A DNA stretch of 64,000 nucleotides from a virus, in the IMG/VR virus record IMGVR_UViG_3300030012_003189, positions 1-64,000 of that record; one strand, given 5' to 3'. This document shows, in pieces, positions 27,820 through 38,216 of the stretch; positions within the stretch are counted from its first letter, which is position 1; each line of letters starts with the position of its first letter. The notes below the pieces were generated by a model. That model saw only the letters and a list, made by a program, of their open reading frames with translations, was not told where the DNA came from and did no database searches. The position numbers and the translations under genes are program-made.

Positions 27820-29193
27820 CTATATTAAATAGTTAGAAGCTAATCTTTTTAGATTATTTTGATTCTCTCTTTTTGATATTTTGTAGTTATAAAATAAATT
27901 TAATAAAACTTTATAGTTTTTTTCTAATATTGGTTTTATATTTTTCATCCAAATTAATTTTTCTTCTTCTGTTTTATTTACAAGCTTAATTACCTCATCA
28001 AATACCATATCCATTCTTTTTTGTATATTTGGTTCTAAATCATACGATTCATCTATGAATGGTTCAAATGTTTCAAATCCCATTCTTTTCAATTCTTTTA
28101 AAGTTCCAAAATTACCAAATACAATAAATGGATGATTCTGTCCAAGTGCCTTTACTACCTTTTCTGATATGTAAAATTCATCTTCTAAAAATGATGTTTC
28201 TGATATAAAACTAAACATTGAATCCTCATAAACACTAGCATCTTCATACATTATACCATATAGAGATTCTAAATCTTCAAAATCATAAAACTTCTTATCA
28301 TTATTTATTTGTAAATCTAAAATGTATTTTTTAAGTTCTGTAAAATCTAATAATTCATTTTCGTGTATATTTGGAATTTCCTTTAAATGTTTTTGGTTAT
28401 CATTTATAGTAAAATCATATGTAACAATATTATTATCTATTAAGTTTAATTGATTTAGCTTTGCTAAAATATACAAGCGATGTGTTCTTAATCTACGATT
28501 TAGACAATTAAAATCATATTTTTTTGGTTCAATCTTATAATCCAAATGAACTTTATGAAACTCTTTTGCTTTTTTATATTTAGAGTATTCTTCTCCTTTT
28601 GTTTTCCAAACCCAATGATTATGATTAAATTTTATTTTTTGAGAGATATTAAATTTTTTACAAAAAGTATCATACCACTCTTTTTGATTATATCCAGCAA
28701 ATGAAAATATACATTTTTTAGTTGGTATATTATATTCATGTAATTTTGTATGTAACATTTTTAAAGGTATTTGTTCTATAATACCTTCCCAACAATAATC
28801 TATGTGAATCACAAAGTTTTTATTTTTTTTAAGTGCATCTATAACTCTATATGGAATTAAATCAATAGTTGTATTTCTATTATCGCCAGGAAAAGATAAA
28901 TCACTTCCACCAAACATATCTATTTGATAAAATAGTGGTTCATCTTTGTATTTATCTAATACTATATTATTATCATCAAAAATATCATAAAAGAATAAAT
29001 GCTTTGTAGTCCATTTAGTATTTCTTGCAGGATTGTAAACCCAAGTAGCTATACCTTCAATACCAATATTTTCTTCATAAGCCATCTCCCACAAAGTTTC
29101 ACTATCTAAACTTTTACTAAGAGAGGATAATTTTGAAAAATCAAAAGAGTTTATAAATAAATCATCAAATACATAAGTAAATACTAAATTCAT
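27820..29193 (-). CDS. Putative glycosyltransferase, GT10 (fucosyltransferase)-like C-terminal motif
   Basis: LNRRLRTHR; SFISETSF...YISEKVVKALGQNHPFIVFG...GFETF...DESYD. Confidence 0.55.
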   Translation of the reverse strand: MNLVFTYVFDDLFINSFDFSKLSSLSKSLDSETLWEMAYEENIGIEGIATWVYNPARNTKWTTKHLFFYDIFDDNNIVLDKYKDEPLFYQIDMFGGSDLSFPGDNRNTTIDLIPYRVIDALKKNKNFVIHIDYCWEGIIEQIPLKMLHTKLHEYNIPTKKCIFSFAGYNQKEWYDTFCKKFNISQKIKFNHNHWVWKTKGEEYSKYKKAKEFHKVHLDYKIEPKKYDFNCLNRRLRTHRLYILAKLNQLNLIDNNIVTYDFTINDNQKHLKEIPNIHENELLDFTELKKYILDLQINNDKKFYDFEDLESLYGIMYEDASVYEDSMFSFISETSFLEDEFYISEKVVKALGQNHPFIVFGNFGTLKELKRMGFETFEPFIDESYDLEPNIQKRMDMVFDEVIKLVNKTEEEKLIWMKNIKPILEKNYKVLLNLFYNYKISKRENQNNLKRLASNYLI

Positions 29194-30590
29194 AATAGGA
29201 AATCCAAATTAGTTCTTGCTTTTTGAAAATACCACATCAAATTTCTGTTGTATTTAACCATATCAAAGTTTTTAAGGTGATTGTAATTATGCTCTATGAT
29301 TTCTTTACAATTGTACATAAACGTTTCTCTTTGTTCAGTTGTTAGTTGTGATAAATTTATTATTTCTTTCAAAACCATTTTATATCTTTTTTCAGGATCC
29401 TCTTCACAATCGTAAGTTTCATCAACATAACCAGTTTCACCAAATGTTTTAAAACCCATATTGTGTAACCAAGTTAAAGTTCCACTTGTTGATAGAACTA
29501 TAAATGGATGTTGATGTAATATTGGTTTTATAACTTTTTCAGAAACATATCCTATTCTCTCCGTCTCATAAAAGAAGGATTCAGCTACTACTGTAAATAG
29601 CGTATCTTTATATGGAATATCAGTTTCCATACCTTCTCCTCTAACATCCCAAAGTCTTTCATAATCTATTGTTTTTTTAGGAGCTTTTTCAATTAAATCT
29701 TCTAGTATTTTCCAATACCTTTGAAACTTAGGACTATCCTGCTCAAACCATTGTTCCATTTTAATCCAATTGTTTTTTATATGATTTACATCTTCGTAAC
29801 CTTCATGTAGATAAAAGTCATATGATACATTATTATTTTCTATTAAATCTAAATAGTGTAAGTCACATAAAAGTTGTGTTCTATGAGGTTTTTGTTCTCT
29901 AGTCAATAAATTAAATGATTTTTTTCTACCTACATTAAAATTTTGCTTATACAAAGTTTCATTTGGAAAATTATCGTAATGTAATTTATTATGAAAAAAT
30001 GGAATGGACCATAAATATGGGATAACATTAACACACTTATCAGTTCCATATTTTTCTTTATAATCTAAGGCATATTCTGAAATTCTGTAATTTGCATGTA
30101 TCAAAAAAGTTTTATCTAATTTTAGCTCCTTTTCTAATAACCAATTATTTAGATTGTTAAAACTTTCATAAGGTAAGTATCCTTCAGAACTAGCATTTAT
30201 AATTAAATATACATTTGGATTGTATTTTAGGTGTTCAATAATTTTATATGGTATTTTGTTAAATACACTATCGTTATCAAAAGAATCCGCAGGCCATGAA
30301 TATATGTTAATCTGATAAAAATATAAAGTATCTTCTCTTTGATTTGGATTTTCTAAAAAATCAAAAGTAGGTATTATCTCAAAGTTATCTTCAAAATAAC
30401 CTATGTTACTCTGATAACATTGGGGTTGTGTTTGTTCATTTTGTCTAACAAAATTATCTATATAATCAAATTGGTTTTTAAAAAAATCAGTTTTGTTAAA
30501 ATAACTTGATTTATTAAAATCCATACAATTAATACCTAATTGTTTTCCAAAAAAATAATCTTCTAAAAATACTATATCTTTAAGCTTCAT
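29190..30590 (-). CDS. Putative glycosyltransferase, GT10-like paralog
   Basis: LTREQKPHR; VVAESFF...YVSEKVIKPILHQHPFIV...GFKTF...DETYD. Confidence 0.55.
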   Translation of the reverse strand: MKLKDIVFLEDYFFGKQLGINCMDFNKSSYFNKTDFFKNQFDYIDNFVRQNEQTQPQCYQSNIGYFEDNFEIIPTFDFLENPNQREDTLYFYQINIYSWPADSFDNDSVFNKIPYKIIEHLKYNPNVYLIINASSEGYLPYESFNNLNNWLLEKELKLDKTFLIHANYRISEYALDYKEKYGTDKCVNVIPYLWSIPFFHNKLHYDNFPNETLYKQNFNVGRKKSFNLLTREQKPHRTQLLCDLHYLDLIENNNVSYDFYLHEGYEDVNHIKNNWIKMEQWFEQDSPKFQRYWKILEDLIEKAPKKTIDYERLWDVRGEGMETDIPYKDTLFTVVAESFFYETERIGYVSEKVIKPILHQHPFIVLSTSGTLTWLHNMGFKTFGETGYVDETYDCEEDPEKRYKMVLKEIINLSQLTTEQRETFMYNCKEIIEHNYNHLKNFDMVKYNRNLMWYFQKARTNLDFLL

Positions 30591-31128
30591 AATATAACTC
30601 TGGGTATTCTACTAATATGTGTATTCCACCTTTTGATAATGCATTTTTGTATGCTGGTAAAATCTTATCAGGTGAATCTAATTTTACAATTGTTGAGTTT
30701 GTTACCATCTGTTCAAATGCATCGGTATAATCTGCTTTATGTTGATGACCAGGGTCTAATGGTTTATCACTTCCCTTACCAACTCTAACAATTACATTTG
30801 GTTTCCACTCACCATCAGACATTGCCTCTAATTTATCTAAGTGATTTATTAATTGATTTGCTGCGCAGATTAAAAAATCCCATCTTGGATAAAATGAAAC
30901 TACTCTATGACCTGTCATACTAAGACCTACAGTCATTCCCATTTGTACCTCTTCCATTACTGGTGTCTCAATCATCCTTTCCTTTGGTAATCCTTCAATT
31001 GTTTTACTCATTGGGTTACCATAATAAACTATCTGTTGTCCAATAAAAATAGTAGATGGGTCATCCATACAAAGTTTCATTGATTCTGTAAGTGCATCTA
31101 CATATGGTGTGAATTCTGGTTTACTCAT
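30580..31128 (-). CDS. ThDP-dependent dehydrogenase E1 beta-like subunit (pyrimidine-binding domain only)
   Basis: ERMIETPVMEEVQMGMTVGLS, DFLICAANQLINH, GHQH motifs; 182 aa. Confidence 0.8.
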   Translation of the reverse strand: MSKPEFTPYVDALTESMKLCMDDPSTIFIGQQIVYYGNPMSKTIEGLPKERMIETPVMEEVQMGMTVGLSMTGHRVVSFYPRWDFLICAANQLINHLDKLEAMSDGEWKPNVIVRVGKGSDKPLDPGHQHKADYTDAFEQMVTNSTIVKLDSPDKILPAYKNALSKGGIHILVEYPELYYEA

Positions 31129-31132
31129 AATA

Positions 31133-32293
31133 TTAATTTTTTATATTTGTATAAAGATGATTCCAATTTGATTGAATGTGTATTCTATCTCTCCACTTAT
31201 CAGCTTTTTTAATATACTTTATAAAATCTTTGTGGTTTATATGTTTTGGATTTGATACATCCATTCTCATCATATCCTCATCTGTTAAATGTTGCCATTG
31301 ATTTATATATCCAAAATACATAACTACTTTTTTGGAATCTATATCATCTGTTATTCTATGTTTAAAAATATCATATACCAACTCCAGTGCGAGTTCCATT
31401 TCTTTATAGTTATCATTTTGTACTACAAATGAAATTCTAAAAAAATTTATACTTTTTATTGTTGATATAAATTTTAGATTTTTTAATAATGTTTCCCAAT
31501 GACCCCCTAATCTTGTTTTGTTTTCATAAGTATCTTTTGTACCAGCATCTATGGAAACATCTACTATATCAACATATGGTTGAATGGCTTTCATTAAGTT
31601 CCAATTCTTTTCATTAAAAAGTTTTCCATTTGTAATTAGTTGTACACTTTTTAATTCAGGCCATTGAGAAGGTTGAAAATTAAATAAAAATTTTCTAAAT
31701 GATTTTGAAGCGAATGGGTCTCCACTACCTGTTATTAATATTTTTTTACAATTTGCTGAATATGTTTTATTTATAAATTCAACAATACCATCAATTTCTT
31801 TTACTTCATCAGATTTTGCCATTATAGTATCTACTCTACAAGATGGACATTTAAAATTACAACTCCAATCGAATGTAAAATTAAGTGAGCCAGGAGTATT
31901 TTTTACATAACAATCATCATCTATTTTTATATTATCAAAATCGTAGTGAGGAAAATCTGTATCATCTCTTTTTACAAAAATTCCTCTATCAGTAATTCCT
32001 GTTGAAATTAATGAATTTAAATGTGGACATATTTGCTTATCACAATATGTGTATTTACCATCTAAAATAGATTGCCTTATCTCTTGCGCAGCTTCACTAT
32101 TCCAAACATCATAATCATATTTACCATTTTCATCTTTAGGATATACTAACTCTTTTTTTAACCATGTACCACAACATAATGTAGCTTTATCTTTAAACAT
32201 TTCCATATGTTTAAATGGTATCATACACACATGATTTTTCAAAAGCTCTTCTTCTGTGTATAAGTTTTGAGTATATACCTGTCCTTTAATCAT
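31133..32293 (-). CDS. Radical SAM protein with N-terminal SPASM/twitch-like Cys domain
   Basis: CNFKCPSC; ITGSGDPF; N-terminal C...CC...C..C. Confidence 0.85.
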   Translation of the reverse strand: MIKGQVYTQNLYTEEELLKNHVCMIPFKHMEMFKDKATLCCGTWLKKELVYPKDENGKYDYDVWNSEAAQEIRQSILDGKYTYCDKQICPHLNSLISTGITDRGIFVKRDDTDFPHYDFDNIKIDDDCYVKNTPGSLNFTFDWSCNFKCPSCRVDTIMAKSDEVKEIDGIVEFINKTYSANCKKILITGSGDPFASKSFRKFLFNFQPSQWPELKSVQLITNGKLFNEKNWNLMKAIQPYVDIVDVSIDAGTKDTYENKTRLGGHWETLLKNLKFISTIKSINFFRISFVVQNDNYKEMELALELVYDIFKHRITDDIDSKKVVMYFGYINQWQHLTDEDMMRMDVSNPKHINHKDFIKYIKKADKWRDRIHIQSNWNHLYTNIKN

Positions 32294-32921
32294 ATTTTGG
32301 TTGTTTTAACAAACCCAATTCTTCTATGTTATCTATGATTCGATTTGCTATAATTTTATGTGTTCTAAAATTAAAATGCCTATCTTTACTATCAACTATA
32401 TATTCATCTTTAAGTGTCATGTCAAAAAAACTATATTTGCCATCAAACTTCATACTTATATTTTTGATTTCACTTGGTATTTCTATCATATCTTCTGGCC
32501 AATCCCAATGTAAAAATCTAATAGGTATATTTTTTCCATTACAATAATCCAAAATTTCTTTATACATACTGACTTGTGTTTCCATAGATAAATTTCTACC
32601 ATCAGTCATATTTCTTGTAAAGTTAGTTGTTTGTATTATTACTAAATCTGTAAGAGTATCAATAGCTTTTAAAACGTGTGCATGAATACTCCATGTACTA
32701 CCACCATTGTTTATATCAACCTTTGATTTTCTACCAAAGTAATTACTTACTATAGTTGCAAATCTCCTATCTATAATTTTTTGGTAATCCCAAGAACGGA
32801 CTGAGTTTTCATCAAATCCATGTGTACCTGGTGAGGATGGGTCTACATCACTGTCATCAAAAAGATGTAAACTTTGACCCCAAGTATAAGAGCACCCACC
32901 AAATACAATATTTCTAATCAT
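32286..32921 (-). CDS. SGNH/GDSL-like hydrolase or acyltransferase
   Basis: FGGCSYTWG near N-terminus; DRH near C-terminus. Confidence 0.6.
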   Translation of the reverse strand: MIRNIVFGGCSYTWGQSLHLFDDSDVDPSSPGTHGFDENSVRSWDYQKIIDRRFATIVSNYFGRKSKVDINNGGSTWSIHAHVLKAIDTLTDLVIIQTTNFTRNMTDGRNLSMETQVSMYKEILDYCNGKNIPIRFLHWDWPEDMIEIPSEIKNISMKFDGKYSFFDMTLKDEYIVDSKDRHFNFRTHKIIANRIIDNIEELGLLKQPKYD

Positions 32922-33913
32922 TATGGTTTAGAATTTGGGTCAAATTGGTCTTTGTTTTCTTTGTACCATCTTAGTGCATCTTTCAATCCACTATCTAAAT
33001 CGTAGCTAGGTGTCCATCCTAAATCTCTAAGTTTTTTATTATCTAACAATCTTACAGGTATCATAGGAGCTTTATTGTTTACAAACTCAATAGGATTATC
33101 GTTACCTTCGATTTCTTTAATTTTATTAAGAACTTCCATAACTGTATATCCTTTACCATAAGATACATTGTAAATATCATATGTATCAACTTTTTCAGCA
33201 ACTGTAATAAACCCAAGTACCATATCATCTACATGAATCACATCTCTTACTTCAGTACCATCACCCCAAAGTGGAATTGGATTTAAACCATCAGCAACTT
33301 TCCTAATGTTAGCTGGAGTTACATGACATTTTTCGAAATCATACTTATCATTCGGTCCATATGCATTTGAAGGTCTGATGATTATACACTGCATTGGGTC
33401 GTGAATCTGATTTGAAAAGAAATCACAAAGAGTTTCACAATATCTTTTCATCCAACCTACTGCTTTGTAAACTGGTACAATATCTGGTGTTTGTACTTCC
33501 ATATCTTCTGTACAAGGAACATCTCCCATATCAGGATATGTTGTATTTGAAGATATGAATATAAATTTTCTTACCTTATGTTTCCAAGATTGCTCCATAA
33601 GATTCACATTCATTTCTATATTTGGTGTAACATGAAGTAATGGATTAAATCTAGTATCTAATGCATTAGATGTGTTTGCAGCCGCATGGATTACAACATC
33701 ACAATCTTTAGATACAACTTCACAAAAATCTGCATCTTGTAAATTACCTTTAATGTGTTCTATATTTTCACATCCTTCGAAATCATTTCTTAAATCTCTA
33801 CTCCAAGATGTTGCTCTTAGGTTTGTGTAACCTAATTCGTATAACATCTTAATTAATCGTGAACCTATAAATCCACTTGCGCCTGTAACTAATATTTTAT
33901 CTGTTTTTTTCAT
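32921..33913 (-). CDS. NAD-dependent epimerase/reductase, GDP-L-fucose synthase-like
   Basis: GASGFIG; RPSNAYGPNDKYD...HV; WGDGTEVRD; the usual YxxxK appears as VGWMK. Confidence 0.8.
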   Translation of the reverse strand: MKKTDKILVTGASGFIGSRLIKMLYELGYTNLRATSWSRDLRNDFEGCENIEHIKGNLQDADFCEVVSKDCDVVIHAAANTSNALDTRFNPLLHVTPNIEMNVNLMEQSWKHKVRKFIFISSNTTYPDMGDVPCTEDMEVQTPDIVPVYKAVGWMKRYCETLCDFFSNQIHDPMQCIIIRPSNAYGPNDKYDFEKCHVTPANIRKVADGLNPIPLWGDGTEVRDVIHVDDMVLGFITVAEKVDTYDIYNVSYGKGYTVMEVLNKIKEIEGNDNPIEFVNNKAPMIPVRLLDNKKLRDLGWTPSYDLDSGLKDALRWYKENKDQFDPNSKP

Positions 33914-34875
33914 TTTGTAAATTCATTTAAATAATAATCAATTGTTTCTTTTAATCCTTCTCTTAGAGATACTTGTTGAACTACACCGAAAGATTCTGCT
34001 CTTTCTGTACTCATCAATCTTTTAGCATCTCCATTTGGTTTTGTACTATCCCACTCGATACCAACTTTTACTCCGTACATTTCTTCGTATATATCTACAA
34101 GAGTTTCAGCAAGTTCTCTAATGGTAACACCAGTACCACTACCTAAGTTGATTGGTTGTGTTAATTTTTGTTCGTATGCTTTTATGATTCCATCAGCAAC
34201 ATCACCAGCATAAATAAAATCTCTGATTGGTGAACCATCTCCCCAACAAATTAGTGGATGTTCTTTTTCACCAAATAATCTTTTGATAAGTGATGCGATT
34301 ACTGTTGATTCTGGTCCGAAGTTATCGTGTCTACCATAAATGTTTGCTGGTCTTACAACTGATGCCTTATTCCAATCGAATGATACTGAATACACTTCAG
34401 CTTGTAATTCACCTAATCTCTTTGCCCATCCAGCATACTTATCTTTTTCTGATGGGAATGTTTTCCATACATCATCTTCGTAGAATACCTCAGCGGGTTG
34501 ATAAACTCCAACTGTGGATGTGTAAACATACCACTCAACATCTTCTAATCGAGCCGCTTCCATCATATTGGTATTGAATTGTAACATCGGTACAAAGTAA
34601 TCAGCAGGTTGTTCCATAGCCCTCTTAGGAGAACCTTTGACACCAGCTATATGAAAGATTATATCTTGTCCTTCTACAACTCTTCTACAACTTTTAAACT
34701 CTCTTAAATCAGCGTTTATGAACTGATAGTTTTCATCTTTATATTTTTCTATTTGATTGTTTGGTTGAACAATATCAACCGCAGTTACAAATGCACCCCT
34801 ATCGATACATTTTTGAACCATATAATTACCAACCAATCCATTGGCACCTGTTATTAAAACTTTTTTACCATTCAT
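33910..34875 (-). CDS. NAD-dependent epimerase/reductase, GDP-L-fucose synthase-like
   Basis: GANGLVG; YAGWAKR; RPANIYGRHDNF; WGDGSPIRDFIY; KPNG. Confidence 0.8.
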   Translation of the reverse strand: MNGKKVLITGANGLVGNYMVQKCIDRGAFVTAVDIVQPNNQIEKYKDENYQFINADLREFKSCRRVVEGQDIIFHIAGVKGSPKRAMEQPADYFVPMLQFNTNMMEAARLEDVEWYVYTSTVGVYQPAEVFYEDDVWKTFPSEKDKYAGWAKRLGELQAEVYSVSFDWNKASVVRPANIYGRHDNFGPESTVIASLIKRLFGEKEHPLICWGDGSPIRDFIYAGDVADGIIKAYEQKLTQPINLGSGTGVTIRELAETLVDIYEEMYGVKVGIEWDSTKPNGDAKRLMSTERAESFGVVQQVSLREGLKETIDYYLNEFTK

Positions 34876-36037
34876 TTTCTATTTGTTTAAATATTCTATA
34901 TATACTTTCTTCCTTTAAGGATTTAAAATGATTGTGATTATATATACATATATCTTTTGCTAATTTATACATTTCATTAACCTCACTTATATCCTTTTTA
35001 TTAATACTTAATATTAATTTTAATACTTTATCGTAGCGTTTTTCAAAATCAACCTCATCATCGTAACTTTCATCCCATATAAAATCAAATGTTTTAAATC
35101 CTAATCTTTTTAGTTCTTTTAAATATCCATATGGACCTAATACTATAAAAGGTTGGAATCCTACCAATGGTTTAACTACTTTTTCTGATATAAACAATTC
35201 TTCTAATTCAAAAGAAGTTTCAGTTACGATATTTATGCACGAATCTAAAAATAACTCTTTTTTGAAGTTATTATGTGTTCTATCCCATTCAACTAGCTTA
35301 CCATCTCTTTTTATATGATGAGTATCAATTTCAATTGGTAGTTTTTTTTCTAAATTATCACAATAATCTTGACCATATTTTTCAGTAAGTTCTCTAATAT
35401 CATATCCAACAGTTTTATAAACATTTAGAAATGAAAATAACGAATCATCAAAATTATTTTGATTCCAATCTAAAAATAATCTGTATCTATGATACTTTTC
35501 CAACGTTCTGTTAAAACATAAAAATTTATTGTTTCTGAAAGTATCTAACTCATCAATTAATATGGGTTCATTTGAATATTTTAATTCTTCTTGAAATTTA
35601 TCATGCCCATAAAAAATTTCATTATAATTTTTAGCAGATTCTTCTAAGAAAAAGTTGAACACAAAAGCTTTTGAATCCAATCTCATATTAGTATCCATAA
35701 AAATAACTTTATTATTTAATTTTTCTTGGATAATATCATAATTATCATCGTAAAACTTTTCATTAGTTGGGTCTGCAGTACGCATGTACGCTATTTTAAA
35801 ATCATCTCTATCTAATAAAGATGTAATTTCTTTTTTTGATAAAATATAATCTAAAAATTCTTCTGGATGCTCAACTTCGTAAAATAGTATATTCTTATAA
35901 CCATCTTTCAATTGTAAATTTGATGTTATAGAATAATTATTTTCGATTCTATTTTTTAAAGGGCCTCCTAAGCAAAAATGCTCCCCATTTATATCACTTG
36001 TATTTTTTTCAAAAACAAAATTTAAAATACTACCCAT
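34865..36037 (-). CDS. Putative glycosyltransferase, GT10-like paralog
   Basis: FNRTLEKYHR; IVTETSF...FISEKVVKPLVGFQPFIVLG...GFKTF...DESYD. Confidence 0.55.
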   Translation of the reverse strand: MGSILNFVFEKNTSDINGEHFCLGGPLKNRIENNYSITSNLQLKDGYKNILFYEVEHPEEFLDYILSKKEITSLLDRDDFKIAYMRTADPTNEKFYDDNYDIIQEKLNNKVIFMDTNMRLDSKAFVFNFFLEESAKNYNEIFYGHDKFQEELKYSNEPILIDELDTFRNNKFLCFNRTLEKYHRYRLFLDWNQNNFDDSLFSFLNVYKTVGYDIRELTEKYGQDYCDNLEKKLPIEIDTHHIKRDGKLVEWDRTHNNFKKELFLDSCINIVTETSFELEELFISEKVVKPLVGFQPFIVLGPYGYLKELKRLGFKTFDFIWDESYDDEVDFEKRYDKVLKLILSINKKDISEVNEMYKLAKDICIYNHNHFKSLKEESIYRIFKQIENEW

Positions 36038-36669
36038 TTTCCTGTTCCATAATGTGGATATTTTGAATTATATTTGTAATAGATTACATCTTCTGGTATT
36101 TCTCTCTGCTTATTACCCCATGTATCTAATGTAGGTGTGTTAGTACTTACACCATTATCTTCAACTATAAAATAAAGTGGTAAATCATAATTTCTAGCAT
36201 ACTTATGAACTTCATAAAAGATACCTGTTTCAAAAGTCATATCCCCTATAAAGCACCAAATTTTATTTTTACTATTTTGCATCTTCGCTGCTTTAGCAAC
36301 ACCCAATGCTATTGGTAATATACCAGTTACAATTGCTGAAGAGTAGAATTTAGAATCTTTATCTATTATTGTAATAGATTTTCCATCTAAAATTTTTTCT
36401 TTTAGTGTAGATGGGTCTACTCCATGTAATAAAGCATGATAATGAGACCTCCAAGTTGAAAATACCCAATCATCAACTCCTATTTTATTAAATACTTTTA
36501 TCAATTGCTTCTCATTACCATGAGATAAATGAATAGGTCCTCTGATTTCTCCATTCTCCCAATGTTTTATAATATCATCTTCAAAATCAATTAAATCTTG
36601 CTCAGACCAATTACCATCAACCCATCTATCTTCGTGATAATCTAAATTAAGAATTTTTTCCATTTGCAT
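36022..36669 (-). CDS. ThDP-dependent dehydrogenase E1 alpha-like subunit
   Basis: GPIHLSHGNE, STWRSHYH, GDMTFETG...EDN (GDG-x-N ThDP-binding motif variant). Confidence 0.85.
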   Translation of the reverse strand: MQMEKILNLDYHEDRWVDGNWSEQDLIDFEDDIIKHWENGEIRGPIHLSHGNEKQLIKVFNKIGVDDWVFSTWRSHYHALLHGVDPSTLKEKILDGKSITIIDKDSKFYSSAIVTGILPIALGVAKAAKMQNSKNKIWCFIGDMTFETGIFYEVHKYARNYDLPLYFIVEDNGVSTNTPTLDTWGNKQREIPEDVIYYKYNSKYPHYGTGKWVVF

Positions 36670-37252
36670 CTCTTTTTGAAATTATCGGATTAGTACAAGG
36701 CCACTCTATATTGAACTTCTTACTATTCCATTTTATTGTTTTTTGCTTATCTACATCTACAAACTCACCATCATATGCTAATTTGTAAGAGAATATAGAG
36801 TTTTTTTCCATTACATAGTGTCCATTAGCAAAACCTGGTGGTATTAGTACCTGCGTTTGTGTGGATGGTGATAAAATGTAAGTTTCCCAACTACCATATT
36901 GTGGATTTTTAGTTGTATTACCATCTCTTACATCCAAAACTACCAAATATATCTTACCATGTAAACAAGACACCATTTTCCAAGTCTTATCATCCCAATG
37001 TAAACCTCTTAGTACACCTTCTTCTGATTTTGAGTACCTATCATGTTTAAATTTGACTCCTTTTTCTCTTTCCTCTACAGGAATCAACCTATCATAGTAA
37101 TCTGAATGATATGTGGTGGATATTTCACCTCTATGTTCGTGATAAACCGATGGTTGTATGATTTTTAGTCCACCAGTCAAAACTTCTGATGAATAAATGT
37201 GGAAATCGTTCCAGCTTCTTTCTTTATAATATATACTACGTCCTATTGCCAT
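36647..37252 (-). CDS. rmlC: dTDP-4-dehydrorhamnose 3,5-epimerase
   Basis: GVLRGLH, KMVSCLHGKIYLVVLDVR, IPPGFANGH, WP...ISKRD. Confidence 0.88.
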   Translation of the reverse strand: MAIGRSIYYKERSWNDFHIYSSEVLTGGLKIIQPSVYHEHRGEISTTYHSDYYDRLIPVEEREKGVKFKHDRYSKSEEGVLRGLHWDDKTWKMVSCLHGKIYLVVLDVRDGNTTKNPQYGSWETYILSPSTQTQVLIPPGFANGHYVMEKNSIFSYKLAYDGEFVDVDKQKTIKWNSKKFNIEWPCTNPIISKRDANGKNS

Positions 37253-38216
37253 AACCTAAAGGGAATCCGTTCCTATATTTTGAACTCAAATCTGAAATTA
37301 GTACTGAGTAAGCTTTTATTAACTCAACTATACCATCTTCTAACTCATATATTGGTCTCCATCCAGTATTTTCTAACTTTTCATTACTAACTGTATAGTT
37401 TCTTTTATCTGGGTCTTTATAATAATCAGAATATGTGATTGCAAAATCAGGAACATATGTTTTTATAAGTTCTACTAATTGCTCTTTTGATAAATTAGCT
37501 TCTGATAACCCCACATTGAAGGTTTCTCCACTATATTTACCATATCTTTCTAACATAAACATAAAAGTGTGTGATACATCTCTAATGTGTATGTAATTTC
37601 TTACGAAATCTTTTTCAAAAATGGTGATGTACTTATCAGTCAGTGCTTTATACACAAATTCATTTACCAATAAGTCCATCCTCATTCTCATCGATGAACC
37701 AAAGACCGTTGCCAGTCTTAAAGATATACCACCAACACTCAAAACTTCCTTTTCAGCGTTTACTTTGGTAATCCCATAATGAGATATCGGGTTTAGTGGG
37801 CTATCTTCGGTACAAATACCGCTCTCTCCTATTCCATAACCACTATTTGTGTTAGGATAGATAATTTTTTTATCCGTATCCTTAATTAGTTCACAAATGT
37901 ATCTCACATGTTCATAGTTCACCGCAGTTGCGAGCTCTTTATCCCTTTCACAAGCAGGAAATCCAACGATTGCTGCTAGTGGAATGATAATATCAGCTTC
38001 TTCAACGTACTTTTTTAATAATTTTTTATCTCTAACATCACCATATACAAACTCAAAGTTCTTTTGATGTGAAAAATTCATCGATGATGTTTGATTATAC
38101 ATTAAATTATCATAAATAACAAGCTTTTCAACCATCCCTCTACTGAAAAACGATTGTGTAATTACTGAACCTAAGTATCCAGCTCCACCTGTTATTAAGA
38201 TTTTATCATATTTCAT
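37236..38216 (-). CDS. NAD-dependent nucleotide-sugar epimerase/dehydratase (SDR)
   Basis: GGAGYLG; YGITK; LRLATVFG.S.RMRMDL. Confidence 0.88.
   Translation of the reverse strand: MKYDKILITGGAGYLGSVITQSFFSRGMVEKLVIYDNLMYNQTSSMNFSHQKNFEFVYGDVRDKKLLKKYVEEADIIIPLAAIVGFPACERDKELATAVNYEHVRYICELIKDTDKKIIYPNTNSGYGIGESGICTEDSPLNPISHYGITKVNAEKEVLSVGGISLRLATVFGSSMRMRMDLLVNEFVYKALTDKYITIFEKDFVRNYIHIRDVSHTFMFMLERYGKYSGETFNVGLSEANLSKEQLVELIKTYVPDFAITYSDYYKDPDKRNYTVSNEKLENTGWRPIYELEDGIVELIKAYSVLISDLSSKYRNGFPLGYGNRT

Noticed and set aside
30580-36669. Pyruvate dehydrogenase as a central-carbon auxiliary metabolic gene
   Set aside because: Subunits are truncated, no E2/E3 is in the window, and the context is nucleotide-sugar synthesis.
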